DNA from: Gammaproteobacteria bacterium
GTDB lineage: Bacteria > Pseudomonadota > Gammaproteobacteria > JBCCGL01
DNA: 64,000 bases
Direction: 5' to 3'
NCBI GenBank assembly: GCA_965277715.1
Contig: OZ255836.1
Span: 3,040,001-3,104,000 of the forward strand
The notes below the pieces were generated by a model that saw nothing but the letters and a program-made list of their open reading frames with translations, was not told where the DNA came from and did not search any database. Below, one piece after another: positions 11,080 to 22,270 of this stretch (its first letter is position 1; the number at the start of each line of letters is the position of its first letter). A program made the position numbers and the translations under genes.

Positions 11080-11649
11080 CTAATCCAGCGCCAGCAACGG
11101 CACCAACAACCCCTGTATTTGCTGATAGTCAAGTTCCCCACGCGGTGCAACACCCGCTATCGCCCCATCCCGCCCAATCACAATCGTAAAGGGCAGCGTG
11201 GCATGTTGATTGCCTAACTGTTTCATCAACTGACTTACGTTCCGCTGACCGTAAAGCTGCGGATAGGTCACCTTTTTATCATGCAGAAAATCGCGGATAT
11301 TGCCCGGCTCATCAAGCGCAACACCAATAACCTGCACACCCTTTTCGTGGTAATCGCGGTGGATTTTTTGTAGCGCAGGAATTTCGCGCACACACGGCGG
11401 GCACCAGCTTGCCCAAAAGTTAATCAGCAGTATATTGCCATCCCATTGTGCAATGTGTTGTAACTGGCCATCGAGGTCTACCAGTGAAAAATCAGGCCGT
11501 TGATCACCGATACGCAACACCGCAGTCTTTTCTACACCGTCCCTGACGCTGTGACCTTGTAGCACCTGATGCAAATAAAAGCCCACCATACCACTGACAA
11601 TGGCAAGGCCAAATGCCAGCGCAAAAAAACCAGGGGTGTTGGTTTTCAA
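11080..11649 (-). CDS. TlpA/ResA-like thiol:disulfide oxidoreductase
   Basis: NFWASWCPPCVREIP; N-terminal anchor; overlaps the dsbD stop. Confidence 0.92.
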   Translation of the reverse strand: MKTNTPGFFALAFGLAIVSGMVGFYLHQVLQGHSVRDGVEKTAVLRIGDQRPDFSLVDLDGQLQHIAQWDGNILLINFWASWCPPCVREIPALQKIHRDYHEKGVQVIGVALDEPGNIRDFLHDKKVTYPQLYGQRNVSQLMKQLGNQHATLPFTIVIGRDGAIAGVAPRGELDYQQIQGLLVPLLALD

Positions 11650-13946
11650 TGCATAAACACCCGCTCAATATGCACGGCGAACTGATCCGCCGACATAAAA
11701 CCGACAACGCGTGAATTGGGGATCTCCTGTCCGTTACTGTCAAAAAACAAAATAGCGGGCGGGCCGAAAATACCAATATGACGCAGCAGTGCCTGATCAC
11801 GCTCGTCGTTGGGGGTAACATCGGCTTGCAGTAAAACGGTATTGGCCAAACGTTGTTTGACCACCGGATCAGAAAAGGTAAATGCCTCCATCTCTTTGCA
11901 GGAGATACACCAATCCGCATAAAAATCGAGCATAACGGCCTTATTATTGGCGCGGGATGTATCGAGCGCTGCGTTCAGCCCATCGATGCCCTTAATTTGT
12001 TGAAACGGGGTGTGGGATTCACTTACCTGGCCGCTGATTTGGCCGCTGATTTGGCCGCTGATCTGGCCACCCACCTGGCCACCACCGACCAGCCCTTTCA
12101 GTGGATGAATAAACCCTGTGCCTCCCGATGCCGCACCAACCGCCAACATCACACCGTATATAAGCAGGGCGATGCCGAGTGATTTCCACAGGGTAAACCA
12201 GCCGCTGGCAGATTCCCGCAGGGGTTCCAGGGCGCGCATATAAATAGCGCTGGCAATAATCAACAGGGCAGACAGCGCCATCGTTGCCGACAGGGGCAGG
12301 ATACGCTCCAGCATCCAGATACCCAGCGCCAACAGCATCACACCAAATACAGATTTAACAGTATCCATCCAGGCACCCGCTCTAGGCAGTAAAGTGCCCG
12401 CAGAGGTACCAATCATTAGCAGGGGAATACCCATACCAATGCTGAGCGCGAACAGCGCTGCGCCACCAAGTACGGCATCACCGGTTTCGGCGATGTAAAT
12501 CAACGCGCCGACCAGTGGCGCAGTGATGCAAGGACCAACGATCAACGCGGATAAAAAACCCATCACCATCACACCCAACAAGGTGCCACCCTGGCGCGAA
12601 TTACTCCAGCGGGTTAAGCGCGATTGCAGGCCAGCGGGCACTTGTAAATCGTAAAAACCAAACATCGATAAGGCTAACAATACAAACAGCAGCGCAAAGG
12701 ACACCAGCACCCAGGGGGTTTGAAACCATATCTGAATATTTTCACCGGACAGACCAACCGCCACCCCCGCCGCCGTGTAAGTCACGGCCATCGATAATAC
12801 ATAGACCAGTGACAAACTAAAGGCGCGGCGGGTACTGACTTTTTCACCCTGGCCGACGATGATGCTGGATAAAATCGGCACCATCGGGAACACACAAGGT
12901 GTTAGTGCCAGCAGTATGCCCAGGCCTAAAAAAGTGAGAATGGTCAGCCAGGTGTCACCACTGGCCAGCGATGCCGCGATGCGATCCTGCTCGGTGAGTG
13001 GTAACAGCGTATCCGCACTGCCAGCCGGTGCTGTTACCTGGCTGGGTGTCAGATTAACGGGGATTTGTTTTTTGATGGGCGGATAACATACACCTAAATC
13101 GGCACACCCTTGATAAGTAACATTGAGTACCGCCTCGGTGGCGGCGTTGAGATTATTCAATGGCAGTTGAGCGCGCACAAGGTGGCGGTGGACTTCGGTT
13201 TCACCAAAATAGGGGTCATCCTTGATTTTACCCGGCGAGACGATGGCCTCACCCAGGCTGACGCCACCACTGTCTTGCAGTGAAAACTGAAATTTATCGC
13301 GGTAGAGGTAATATTCGTCGGCGATAGCCCATTCGAGAGTGATTTGGTTATCCTTAAACGGCAGTATCGCCAGGGCAAATGCCTGATCGGGTTCGAGCAG
13401 ATCAGGCTCGCTGTTGGCACCACTGCCCCCCGCCAATGACAGCAACGATGACAGTGTGCCGGTAGCCTGCTGTTGTACGGGTGCAGGCAGTGAAACGGTA
13501 AAGTTTTGTTTTAGCGGCGGATAGCACACGCCAAGATCTGCACAGCCCTGCGAAATGGTTTCAAAGGTCAGGGTGTCAGCTATGCCGACACCACGACTGT
13601 ACGGCAAACGGATGCTGAGTGCCTCGCGGTGCGTTTCAACCTCACCGAAAAACTCATCGTGCTTGACCTTGCCAGCCGGGACTACGGCATCACCCAGGGT
13701 GACGCCATCGGTCATCGACTTAAAGCGGAATTTATCGTGGTACAGATAGTACCCTTCGGCAATAGCGAAATCGACTTGCAGCGTTTGCGCATCGACCACC
13801 CTGGCTGAGGCGGCGAAAGCCTGTTCTGGCGCCAGTAGCCGGTCAGCTATATCGTGGTTATCGGCAAAGGCACTGGAGGCGAATGCCAGAACCAGAGCCA
13901 GGGCAGAGATAAATTTAAAGTGTCTTTTCATCGTTGTTGATTGCAT
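11646..13946 (-). CDS. dsbD: thiol:disulfide interchange protein DsbD with duplicated N-terminal domain
   Basis: Two QGCADLGVCYPP motifs, TPCVFPM, GPCITAPL, DFYADWCISCKEME; start 13946 or 13931. Confidence 0.94.
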   Translation of the reverse strand: MQSTTMKRHFKFISALALVLAFASSAFADNHDIADRLLAPEQAFAASARVVDAQTLQVDFAIAEGYYLYHDKFRFKSMTDGVTLGDAVVPAGKVKHDEFFGEVETHREALSIRLPYSRGVGIADTLTFETISQGCADLGVCYPPLKQNFTVSLPAPVQQQATGTLSSLLSLAGGSGANSEPDLLEPDQAFALAILPFKDNQITLEWAIADEYYLYRDKFQFSLQDSGGVSLGEAIVSPGKIKDDPYFGETEVHRHLVRAQLPLNNLNAATEAVLNVTYQGCADLGVCYPPIKKQIPVNLTPSQVTAPAGSADTLLPLTEQDRIAASLASGDTWLTILTFLGLGILLALTPCVFPMVPILSSIIVGQGEKVSTRRAFSLSLVYVLSMAVTYTAAGVAVGLSGENIQIWFQTPWVLVSFALLFVLLALSMFGFYDLQVPAGLQSRLTRWSNSRQGGTLLGVMVMGFLSALIVGPCITAPLVGALIYIAETGDAVLGGAALFALSIGMGIPLLMIGTSAGTLLPRAGAWMDTVKSVFGVMLLALGIWMLERILPLSATMALSALLIIASAIYMRALEPLRESASGWFTLWKSLGIALLIYGVMLAVGAASGGTGFIHPLKGLVGGGQVGGQISGQISGQISGQVSESHTPFQQIKGIDGLNAALDTSRANNKAVMLDFYADWCISCKEMEAFTFSDPVVKQRLANTVLLQADVTPNDERDQALLRHIGIFGPPAILFFDSNGQEIPNSRVVGFMSADQFAVHIERVFMH
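12027..12082. repeat. 12-bp in-frame tandem repeat in the dsbD linker (GQVG/GQIS)
   Basis: (c/t)TGGCCGCTGAT units encoding GQVGGQISGQISGQISGQVS. Confidence 0.8.
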
Positions 13947-13975
13947 CACCAGGCGGTGTATCCGGTTCTGTACTA

Positions 13976-14137
13976 GGAGCCCGTCGGGTTTAGGCGCTCG
14001 TAGCGAGGGAAAGACCGATTTGAGCCATTTTTTGCGCACTATTGAGGAGAATAGTGGTTCTATTTGACGAAATAGTGCGTAAAAAAGGGCCAAATCGGCT
14101 TTTCCGCAGTAGAGCAGTCCTGAACCCAACAGGCTCC
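13976..14137. mobile_element. MITE family B, full copy (162 bp)
   Basis: TIRs GGAGCCCGTCGGGTTTAGG ... CCTGAACCCAACAGGCTCC flanked by TA; long internal hairpin; related ends at ~11053, 28302, 41125, 56236. Confidence 0.8.
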
Positions 14138-14339
14138 TAAGTGCGTATTGCCCGTATCAGACAATAGGCCAATACAGACGTTCGACCGATTTTATACAAG
14201 TCTTACAGGCTTTACTGATGAATCGATAATGCGTTGCTGATCGGTAACCTGCTTGCATCCGGCGCGGACTTGTGATCGACTGACAAGACATTATATCAAT
14301 GTCGTCAACGCGTTTGCCTATAAAATAACGGAACGGTCT

Positions 14340-14798
14340 ATGCCCATTATTTTCTTTTTATTTGTCGCTGTACCCATTATTGAGATATGGGTATTAATCG
14401 AGATTGGATCGCAAATTGGTGTGTTTAATACAATTCTAATGGTCATCCTAACAGCGATTGTTGGCACAGCGATGTTGCGTATCCAGGGGTTATCCATCGT
14501 TGCACGGGTGCGCAGCCAGGTGGCGGCAAACCAACTGCCCACTGCAGAAATCCTCGAAGGCTTGTTTCTGTTGGTAGGGGGGGCACTCTTGCTGACACCG
14601 GGGTTTGTCACCGATGCCATTGGGTTTATGTGCCTGCTACCGCTGACACGTAACATGATGTCGCGGGGGCTGACGGCACGGTTTATTCGACGTGGACATA
14701 CAGCACGGCAGCAATCGGGTGATAACAATGTCCCCAAAAGACCTGCGGGTAGTAGGGAGACACACACCCTTGAAGGCGAATACCAGCGGGAAGATTGA
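14340..14798 (+). CDS. fxsA: FxsA family membrane protein
   Basis: PIIEIWVLI, GGALLLTPGFVTDAIG, C-terminal LEGEY; upstream of groES. Confidence 0.92.
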   Translation: MPIIFFLFVAVPIIEIWVLIEIGSQIGVFNTILMVILTAIVGTAMLRIQGLSIVARVRSQVAANQLPTAEILEGLFLLVGGALLLTPGFVTDAIGFMCLLPLTRNMMSRGLTARFIRRGHTARQQSGDNNVPKRPAGSRETHTLEGEYQRED

Positions 14799-14902
14799 TC
14801 GCCATTCAGTACTGTTGCTCAAGCAGACATAACGTAATGGCTGCAAAATTTCTTAAAATTACCCCCATCATTCGCTTGATTTTCAAAAACCCGCCACTAC
14901 TA

Positions 14903-14929
14903 TTAGCACTCGCATAAAGCGAGTGCTAA
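14903..14929 (+). promoter_or_regulatory. CIRCE element (HrcA operator)
   Basis: Perfect TTAGCACTC-N9-GAGTGCTAA upstream of groES. Confidence 0.96.
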
Positions 14930-15046
14930 CAAAGCACCCCTATTTTGTTTAACCGTAACTATTCACCGAGTAGTTTTATTTGGCTGTAGCTGCCCAGGTT
15001 CCAGAGGGTAGTTACATTTAATCTTTCCATTTAGGAGAAAGTAGTA

Positions 15047-15334
15047 ATGAACATTCGTCCGTTACATGATCGTGTGGTCATCAAACGTATGGAAGAAGAG
15101 CGCACCAGTGCTGGTGGCATCGTGATTCCTGATAGCGCAACCGAAAAACCTGCCCGTGGCAGCATCGTCGCCGTGGGTAACGGCAAAGTCGCCGAAAACG
15201 GTGATGTCCGTCCGCTCGACGTTAAAGTGGGTGATGAGGTGCTGTTTGGTAAATACTCCGGCACCGAGTTAAAAGTGGATGGCGAAGATGTGCTCGTCAT
15301 GCGCGAAGACGACATCATGGCTGTCGTTGGTTAA
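15047..15334 (+). CDS. groES: co-chaperonin GroES
   Basis: [21 protein letters not shown]. Confidence 0.99.
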   Translation: MNIRPLHDRVVIKRMEEERTSAGGIVIPDSATEKPARGSIVAVGNGKVAENGDVRPLDVKVGDEVLFGKYSGTELKVDGEDVLVMREDDIMAVVG

Positions 15335-15383
15335 GCGTTATCCACCCGATTCCGCTTTTCGATTTAATTTTCAAACAGTTTAG

Positions 15384-17051
<1,668 letters not shown>

Positions 17052-17126
17052 TAAAAGTTTTATCGCAAGGGTGATAGCCAGGTAATCGTTTTATTACCTG
17101 CTTTCCCTAGCCAGTACCACCAGTCG

Positions 17127-17167
17127 ACCCGGTGTCAGGTTTATAACCTGGCACCGGGTTTTTTTTT
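17127..17167 (+). terminator. intrinsic terminator of groESL
   Basis: ACCCGGTGTCAGGTT-tat-AACCTGGCACCGGGT followed by a T run. Confidence 0.9.
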
Positions 17168-17295
17168 GCCGGTTTTTTGCTTGGTGATAAGGATGATCTA
17201 CAGCACATAAGATACGGTGGGGAAACCGACAATCCACAATAATTGTTGGTTATTGCAGGCTACAACAGGCTGAGGCTATTAAAACTGACGGTGTA

Positions 17296-17979
17296 CTAAT
17301 CAACCAAACGATTCGAAAGGCAACACTCACCTAACGGCGTTTGTAACGTAACAATTAGCTCGTCAACCTCCCCTCCATCAATAGTATCAATCACATCCAG
17401 CGCACCAATCGCTAACAGCTTAGCGCGCAAAGCGACAGCGTTGGTGCTGACCATAGCCACCCGACGCAACGCACAGCCCAGGCTGGTCATCACACGCGCC
17501 GGGTGCGTTGGCGTTTCCCATTGCAGCACCAACGGAAAAAGCCCCGAGTCAACCAACTCACCGTCCCCGGCAAAACCAACCTGCCAGCGCAGCGCATCGC
17601 GATGCATGGCTTCAATCGTGAAGGGGGCAGCAAAATCCCCGGCACACACATTACCCAGTGCCGCATGAATATCGGGTGTATTGACCGCCCACGTCAGCAA
17701 CTGCGGTCGCTGCACCAAAGCCTGCCTGATGCGTGGATTATCCAAACCAAACCAGCGTGGCCGCTGTACGGCAGGTGCCTGTGGGTCGATGGCAATAACC
17801 TCCAGGTAAATATCCTTACCTGGAGGTGTATCCAGGCGCATCACACAATTGTGTGTGCACATTTTTACGTGCTGGCCACCACGTGGCAGTGTTACGCCCA
17901 GCGTGGTTTGAGCCCAGGCCACACCCTGCTCAAGACTGGCAGCACCAATAACAATATGATCAAGTTTTGCCGGGTTCAT
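17296..17979 (-). CDS. VOC / glyoxalase-like family protein
   Basis: LDHIVIGA, GGQH..M.THN, YLEVIAIDP, PRWFGLD. Confidence 0.85.
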   Translation of the reverse strand: MNPAKLDHIVIGAASLEQGVAWAQTTLGVTLPRGGQHVKMCTHNCVMRLDTPPGKDIYLEVIAIDPQAPAVQRPRWFGLDNPRIRQALVQRPQLLTWAVNTPDIHAALGNVCAGDFAAPFTIEAMHRDALRWQVGFAGDGELVDSGLFPLVLQWETPTHPARVMTSLGCALRRVAMVSTNAVALRAKLLAIGALDVIDTIDGGEVDELIVTLQTPLGECCLSNRLVD

Positions 17980-18198
17980 ACGCACTATTTTTAGTTGAAA
18001 GGTGACCACCATAGCAAATTTTCAAGCGATTGATACAAGCGCGACATACGTGGCGTTTTTGTTACTGGTTTCGTTTAGACAAGCCTTTGAAATTAGTTTA
18101 AAAAGCAAGACAAAACCACACGTCTTTCCTGCGTGTTACGTAGTGGGTTCCAGCCGCCGCTGGCGTTTTTTTACCTGTTTCCTGCCGGGAGCGACCCG

Positions 18199-19212
18199 AT
18201 GACAAACACCGCCTACCAACAGCCGCTCTCAGGCACTGATGCTGTGAGCGATACCCGTTACCTGGGCATCGTTTATATTTGTGTCGGTTTAGGTATCTTT
18301 GTCGCCCAGGATGTCATTATCAAACTGTTTTCAGACACATTTAGCGTGCTACAACTGCTGCTGCTACGCAGCTCGGCAGCACCGTTGATTGTGTTGTTTC
18401 TATGCTGGAACGCGGGCCGCTTACATCTTTTGGTACCGCGTGCCACGGGCATGGTGATGCTGCGCGGTAGCCTGGTATTTTTTTCTTACTCAATGTATTA
18501 CGTGGCATTGGCCTCAATGCCGCTGGCAGAAACGATTGCGGTATTTTTTATCGCCCCGTTGATCGTGGTGGCACTGTCCAGCCCCTTGTTGGGAGAGCGC
18601 GTCAGCCTCTGGCAATGGCTGGCGGTGACCGCCGGTTTTGGCGGCACCCTGTTGATGATAAAACCGGGTGGCGAAACGTTTCAACTGCCCGCACTAATGG
18701 TGGTGTTCTCCGCGTTGTTTTACGCGCTCAGTGCCATCGTTGCGCGCAAAATCAGCGTGCCGCTGGATGGCTGGAACCTCTCGTTTTACACCAACCTGGC
18801 ACCGATTCCCTTTTGCCTGATTGGGTTTGTACTGGTGGACTTTACCCAGAGCACACTGCCAGATAATCCCTCGTGGAACTTCCTCACCCTGCCGTGGGTG
18901 TGGCCTAACGCCGAGCAGGCGTGGTGGTTGCTGTTAATCGCGATTATTGGCGCGGTGGGGCACAACCTGATTGGCCAGGCGTACCGCGTTACACCAGTGA
19001 AATACGTTGCACCGTTTGAATACAGTGCCTTGGTATGGGGGGTGGTTTGTGGCTTTATTATCTGGGGTGATTTACCGGATATCGATGCGTGGATTGGTCT
19101 GTCGATTATTGTTATCAGTGGTTTGGCAGTGGTGATGCAGCCGGGCCAGGGGAAAAGCGCAGCGTTGAAATTTGCCAATCGGGGGAGTTCTAATAAGCGG
19201 GTGGGGAAGTAA
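18199..19212 (+). CDS. DMT/EamA family transporter
   Basis: About 10 TM segments; LLGERV, APFEYSALVW. Confidence 0.88.
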   Translation: MTNTAYQQPLSGTDAVSDTRYLGIVYICVGLGIFVAQDVIIKLFSDTFSVLQLLLLRSSAAPLIVLFLCWNAGRLHLLVPRATGMVMLRGSLVFFSYSMYYVALASMPLAETIAVFFIAPLIVVALSSPLLGERVSLWQWLAVTAGFGGTLLMIKPGGETFQLPALMVVFSALFYALSAIVARKISVPLDGWNLSFYTNLAPIPFCLIGFVLVDFTQSTLPDNPSWNFLTLPWVWPNAEQAWWLLLIAIIGAVGHNLIGQAYRVTPVKYVAPFEYSALVWGVVCGFIIWGDLPDIDAWIGLSIIVISGLAVVMQPGQGKSAALKFANRGSSNKRVGK

Positions 19213-19294
19213 TGTGTCTGTGTGCCCGCAAGTGACACTATCTGCATGGTTTGAGTAGCTGGTACATATTTGACCCATCGCGTACTATCGCACC

Positions 19295-20191
19295 ATGCAA
19301 ATCGCCAACCCAATCTACGATGTCGTCTTCAAATACCTGATGGCCGACGAGCGCGCCGCCAAGCTGATTATTGGTGAAATCATCGGTATGGACGTCATCG
19401 ACATCGCCCTGCAACCGCAAGAGCGCCTAGCCAACCTGCCTGAAAAAAACCTCACCGTCTACCGACTCGATTTTTCCGCCAGGGTTAAAACCCGCGATGG
19501 GCAGTTCAAACAAGTCATTATTGAAATCCAGAAAGCCAAATACACCAGCGATATTATGCGTTTCCGGCGCTACCTGGGGCAGCAGTACAGTGATGAAAAA
19601 AACGTCCACGAGACTGTTTCGGCCACGGGGCACAGTACATATCAGGCGCTGCCGATTATTACCATCTACTTTTTGGGCCATACGCTCAACCACTGCACGG
19701 CATCCGTTATCAAAGTAGGCCGGATCTATACCGATGCGATTACCGGCGAAACACTGGCCGACAAAGAAGCCTTTATCGAAAGCCTGACCCACGACAGCTA
19801 TGTGGTACAAATTCCCTACCTGAAAGCCCAACGCCGCAACGACCTGGAGAAACTACTGGAAATATTCGACCAGGATCTACAGGTGGAGAACAGGCACAAG
19901 CTGTCGATTGATGAGGCGCTGTTTCCAAAGAAATACCACGTATTGATCAGGCGTTTGCAGGCGGCGATTAGCGAGCCAGAGATTATCGACACCATGCAGA
20001 TTGAAGACGAGATACTGCTGGAACTGCAAAACAAGGAACGCGAGATCGAGGCAAAAGAACAACTGGTTGAAGAACAAAGCAAAGCACTGAAAGAAAAGAA
20101 CCGGGCACTTGAGGAAAAAGATCAGGCACTCAAAGAAAAAGACAAATTAATCGACGAACTAAAAAGCCAACTCAACCGACTATCTGAATAG
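19295..20191 (+). CDS. Rpn-like / PD-(D/E)XK nuclease-family protein with C-terminal heptad repeats
   Basis: NPIYDVVFKYL, RLDF...IIEIQK motif; ALKEKNR/ALEEKDQ/ALKEKDK tail. Confidence 0.7.
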   Translation: MQIANPIYDVVFKYLMADERAAKLIIGEIIGMDVIDIALQPQERLANLPEKNLTVYRLDFSARVKTRDGQFKQVIIEIQKAKYTSDIMRFRRYLGQQYSDEKNVHETVSATGHSTYQALPIITIYFLGHTLNHCTASVIKVGRIYTDAITGETLADKEAFIESLTHDSYVVQIPYLKAQRRNDLEKLLEIFDQDLQVENRHKLSIDEALFPKKYHVLIRRLQAAISEPEIIDTMQIEDEILLELQNKEREIEAKEQLVEEQSKALKEKNRALEEKDQALKEKDKLIDELKSQLNRLSE

Positions 20192-20432
20192 GACGCAGCG
20201 CTGAATGGCACTTCCTTAATCTATAGTGAGTTGGGCCTTTTCATTTATACCATTACCATGTGATCGGGGAGGTCAGTTAAGATTGGTTTATTAGAAATAT
20301 ACGGGAATAACGGATCGACATAAGCCGGAACTGATGCGGTTCGTACCTCACTACATTCTGCAATCTTTGGGGAATCGATAGGGTGCAATGGTCATTGATT
20401 ATTGCGATCTATCAGACTACTTTCCACAGAAA

Positions 20433-20488
20433 CAGTTGCCGACGACTGTAGGGATACAGGAGCTAGAGCAACGCAGGAGCAGTTGCCG
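20433..20488. repeat. solo copy of the 47-bp repeat unit
   Basis: CAGTTGCCGACGACTGTAGGGATACAGGAGCTAGAGCAACGCAGGAGCAGTTGCCG, 2 mismatches to the 25437 array. Confidence 0.85.
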
Positions 20489-20559
20489 GGGAGCGGTAGC
20501 TTCACTCTGCAAAGCGCAAAGAAAAACGCCAAAGCATCGCCAGTGAACCCCACAATACC

Positions 20560-21753
20560 CTATAAAGTATTTATACCTTTACCCGAAGCCAACGACTTCC
20601 CCGGATCAAAAAAGGGCTTAGGCACCACCGTAACCACCCGATCTCCACCATCCGCCTTTACAACCATAGAAGTCCCCAGCTCAGAATACTCAACCTCCAC
20701 CATCGCCAAAGCAATATTCTTCTCCAACCGTGGAGAGTACACAGCAGAAGTCAAGGTACCAATACGTTTTTCCCCAACCATAACCGGCCAATGTTGATCA
20801 TTAGGGCCGGGTAACGGTGCACCACCCACTTCAAACCCAACCTGGCACTGACTCACCCCCTGCGCATAAATGCGTTTCAAAGCCGCCTTGCCAATAAAAT
20901 CAGCCGCCATATCCAAATCGACCAAACGCCCCAACCCCACTTCATAAGGATTATTGTCACTGTTTATATCCGCGACATAAGACAACATCCCCCCCTCTAT
21001 ACGCCGAATAGTCGACGTGTGCCCAGGCGACAAACCCAGAGGCCCACCCACCTGCATAAGCAACTCCCACAACTGATCACCATACTGTCCATCACGCAGG
21101 TAAATTTCATACCCCAACTCACTGCTCCAACCCGTGCGGGATATAACCAATGGCATACCTTGATGCACTAATTCCCGTAAACGGAAATACCTTAACCCCC
21201 CCACCCAATCGCCAAACACTGCCCGCATAATCTCACCCGCACGTGGCCCCTGGAGCTGCAACGGAGAGACATCAGGCTCACAGATAGAGATATTAAGCCC
21301 CGCGTGTATCTGTACACCCTTGGCCCAAAGCAATACATCGCTATCGGCCAACGATAACCAAAAATGGTTTTCAGACAGTTTGAGTAATACCGGATCATTG
21401 ATAATGCCGCCGTGTGCATCGGTAATAAAAACGTATTTACACTGGCCTATCTCGCACTTTTCCAGGTTTCTCGGTGTGAGTAACTGGACAAACTGCGCCG
21501 CATCCGGCCCGGTAACTTCTACCTGCCGCTCCACGGCCACATCACACAGAATCGCCTCGTTCACCAAATTCCAGAAGTTTTGTACAGGATCGCCAAAACT
21601 ACGCGGGATATACATGTGGTTATAAACCGAATAGCCCTCGGCGCCCCAGCGCTGGGTGGCGGCGAAATAAGGTGACTTGCGGATTTGCGTACCAAACCCT
21701 GTTTGAGAGTGCCGGGAAACGACTGCGCCCGGTAATGCGGTGTTTTTTGTCAT
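20560..21753 (-). CDS. GcvT-family THF-dependent aminomethyltransferase/demethylase (DmdA-like paralog)
   Basis: YSVYNHMYIP, CDVAVERQVE, INDPVLL, SRTGWSSELGYEIY, IRRIEGG. Confidence 0.85.
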   Translation of the reverse strand: MTKNTALPGAVVSRHSQTGFGTQIRKSPYFAATQRWGAEGYSVYNHMYIPRSFGDPVQNFWNLVNEAILCDVAVERQVEVTGPDAAQFVQLLTPRNLEKCEIGQCKYVFITDAHGGIINDPVLLKLSENHFWLSLADSDVLLWAKGVQIHAGLNISICEPDVSPLQLQGPRAGEIMRAVFGDWVGGLRYFRLRELVHQGMPLVISRTGWSSELGYEIYLRDGQYGDQLWELLMQVGGPLGLSPGHTSTIRRIEGGMLSYVADINSDNNPYEVGLGRLVDLDMAADFIGKAALKRIYAQGVSQCQVGFEVGGAPLPGPNDQHWPVMVGEKRIGTLTSAVYSPRLEKNIALAMVEVEYSELGTSMVVKADGGDRVVTVVPKPFFDPGKSLASGKGINTL

Positions 21754-21795
21754 AAAAAAGTACTTAGTAATAGCGCGTACGAATAATTAATCACA

Positions 21796-22236
21796 TCAAA
21801 TAACCGATACCAAAACCCCTAAGAACAAAAGCCCTGCACCAATTATTTTTTTCACTGTAACGGGGTCTTTGGGTGATTCCAAAAAACCAAAATGGCTTAT
21901 CACCATCGCCATGATTATCTGGCCAGCAATAGAGAGTATAAATAAACTCCTTGCGCCCAGTTTTGGAATAAGAAACGTGATGGCCAGTACAATAAACGCA
22001 CTGATAAAGCCGGTTAAAAATAAATGCGGGGGCACATTTTTAATATTGCCGACTGTATCAAGCTTACCCCAAATAGCAAACAACACAAAAGAGGTGAGTA
22101 GCGCCACTGTATAAAACGTTATATTTGCCGTTAAAGGTGAACCAATATGCTTTGAAACGGTACTGTTCATCGGTAGGTAAATGGCCGATATTACGCCAAT
22201 AAGCAAGGCGCCTAAAATATAGAGTGTCGTTTGCAT
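21796..22236 (-). CDS. small DMT family transporter (YdcZ-like)
   Basis: 146 aa, about 5 TM segments; LIPKLGA, AGQIIMAMVISHFG. Confidence 0.8.
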   Translation of the reverse strand: MQTTLYILGALLIGVISAIYLPMNSTVSKHIGSPLTANITFYTVALLTSFVLFAIWGKLDTVGNIKNVPPHLFLTGFISAFIVLAITFLIPKLGARSLFILSIAGQIIMAMVISHFGFLESPKDPVTVKKIIGAGLLFLGVLVSVI

Positions 22237-22270
22237 AAAACAGTCTGCGCCCGGTTTGTACGTTCATTAT

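Noticed and set aside
13947-14129. N-terminal extension of DsbD in the ORF track
   Set aside because: It is translated MITE sequence; the signal peptide begins at about 13931-13946
20560-21753. Bona fide DMSP demethylase dmdA
   Set aside because: The N-terminus (GFGTQIRKSPYF) resembles the DmdA-like paralog group as I recall it; substrate cannot be assigned by eye
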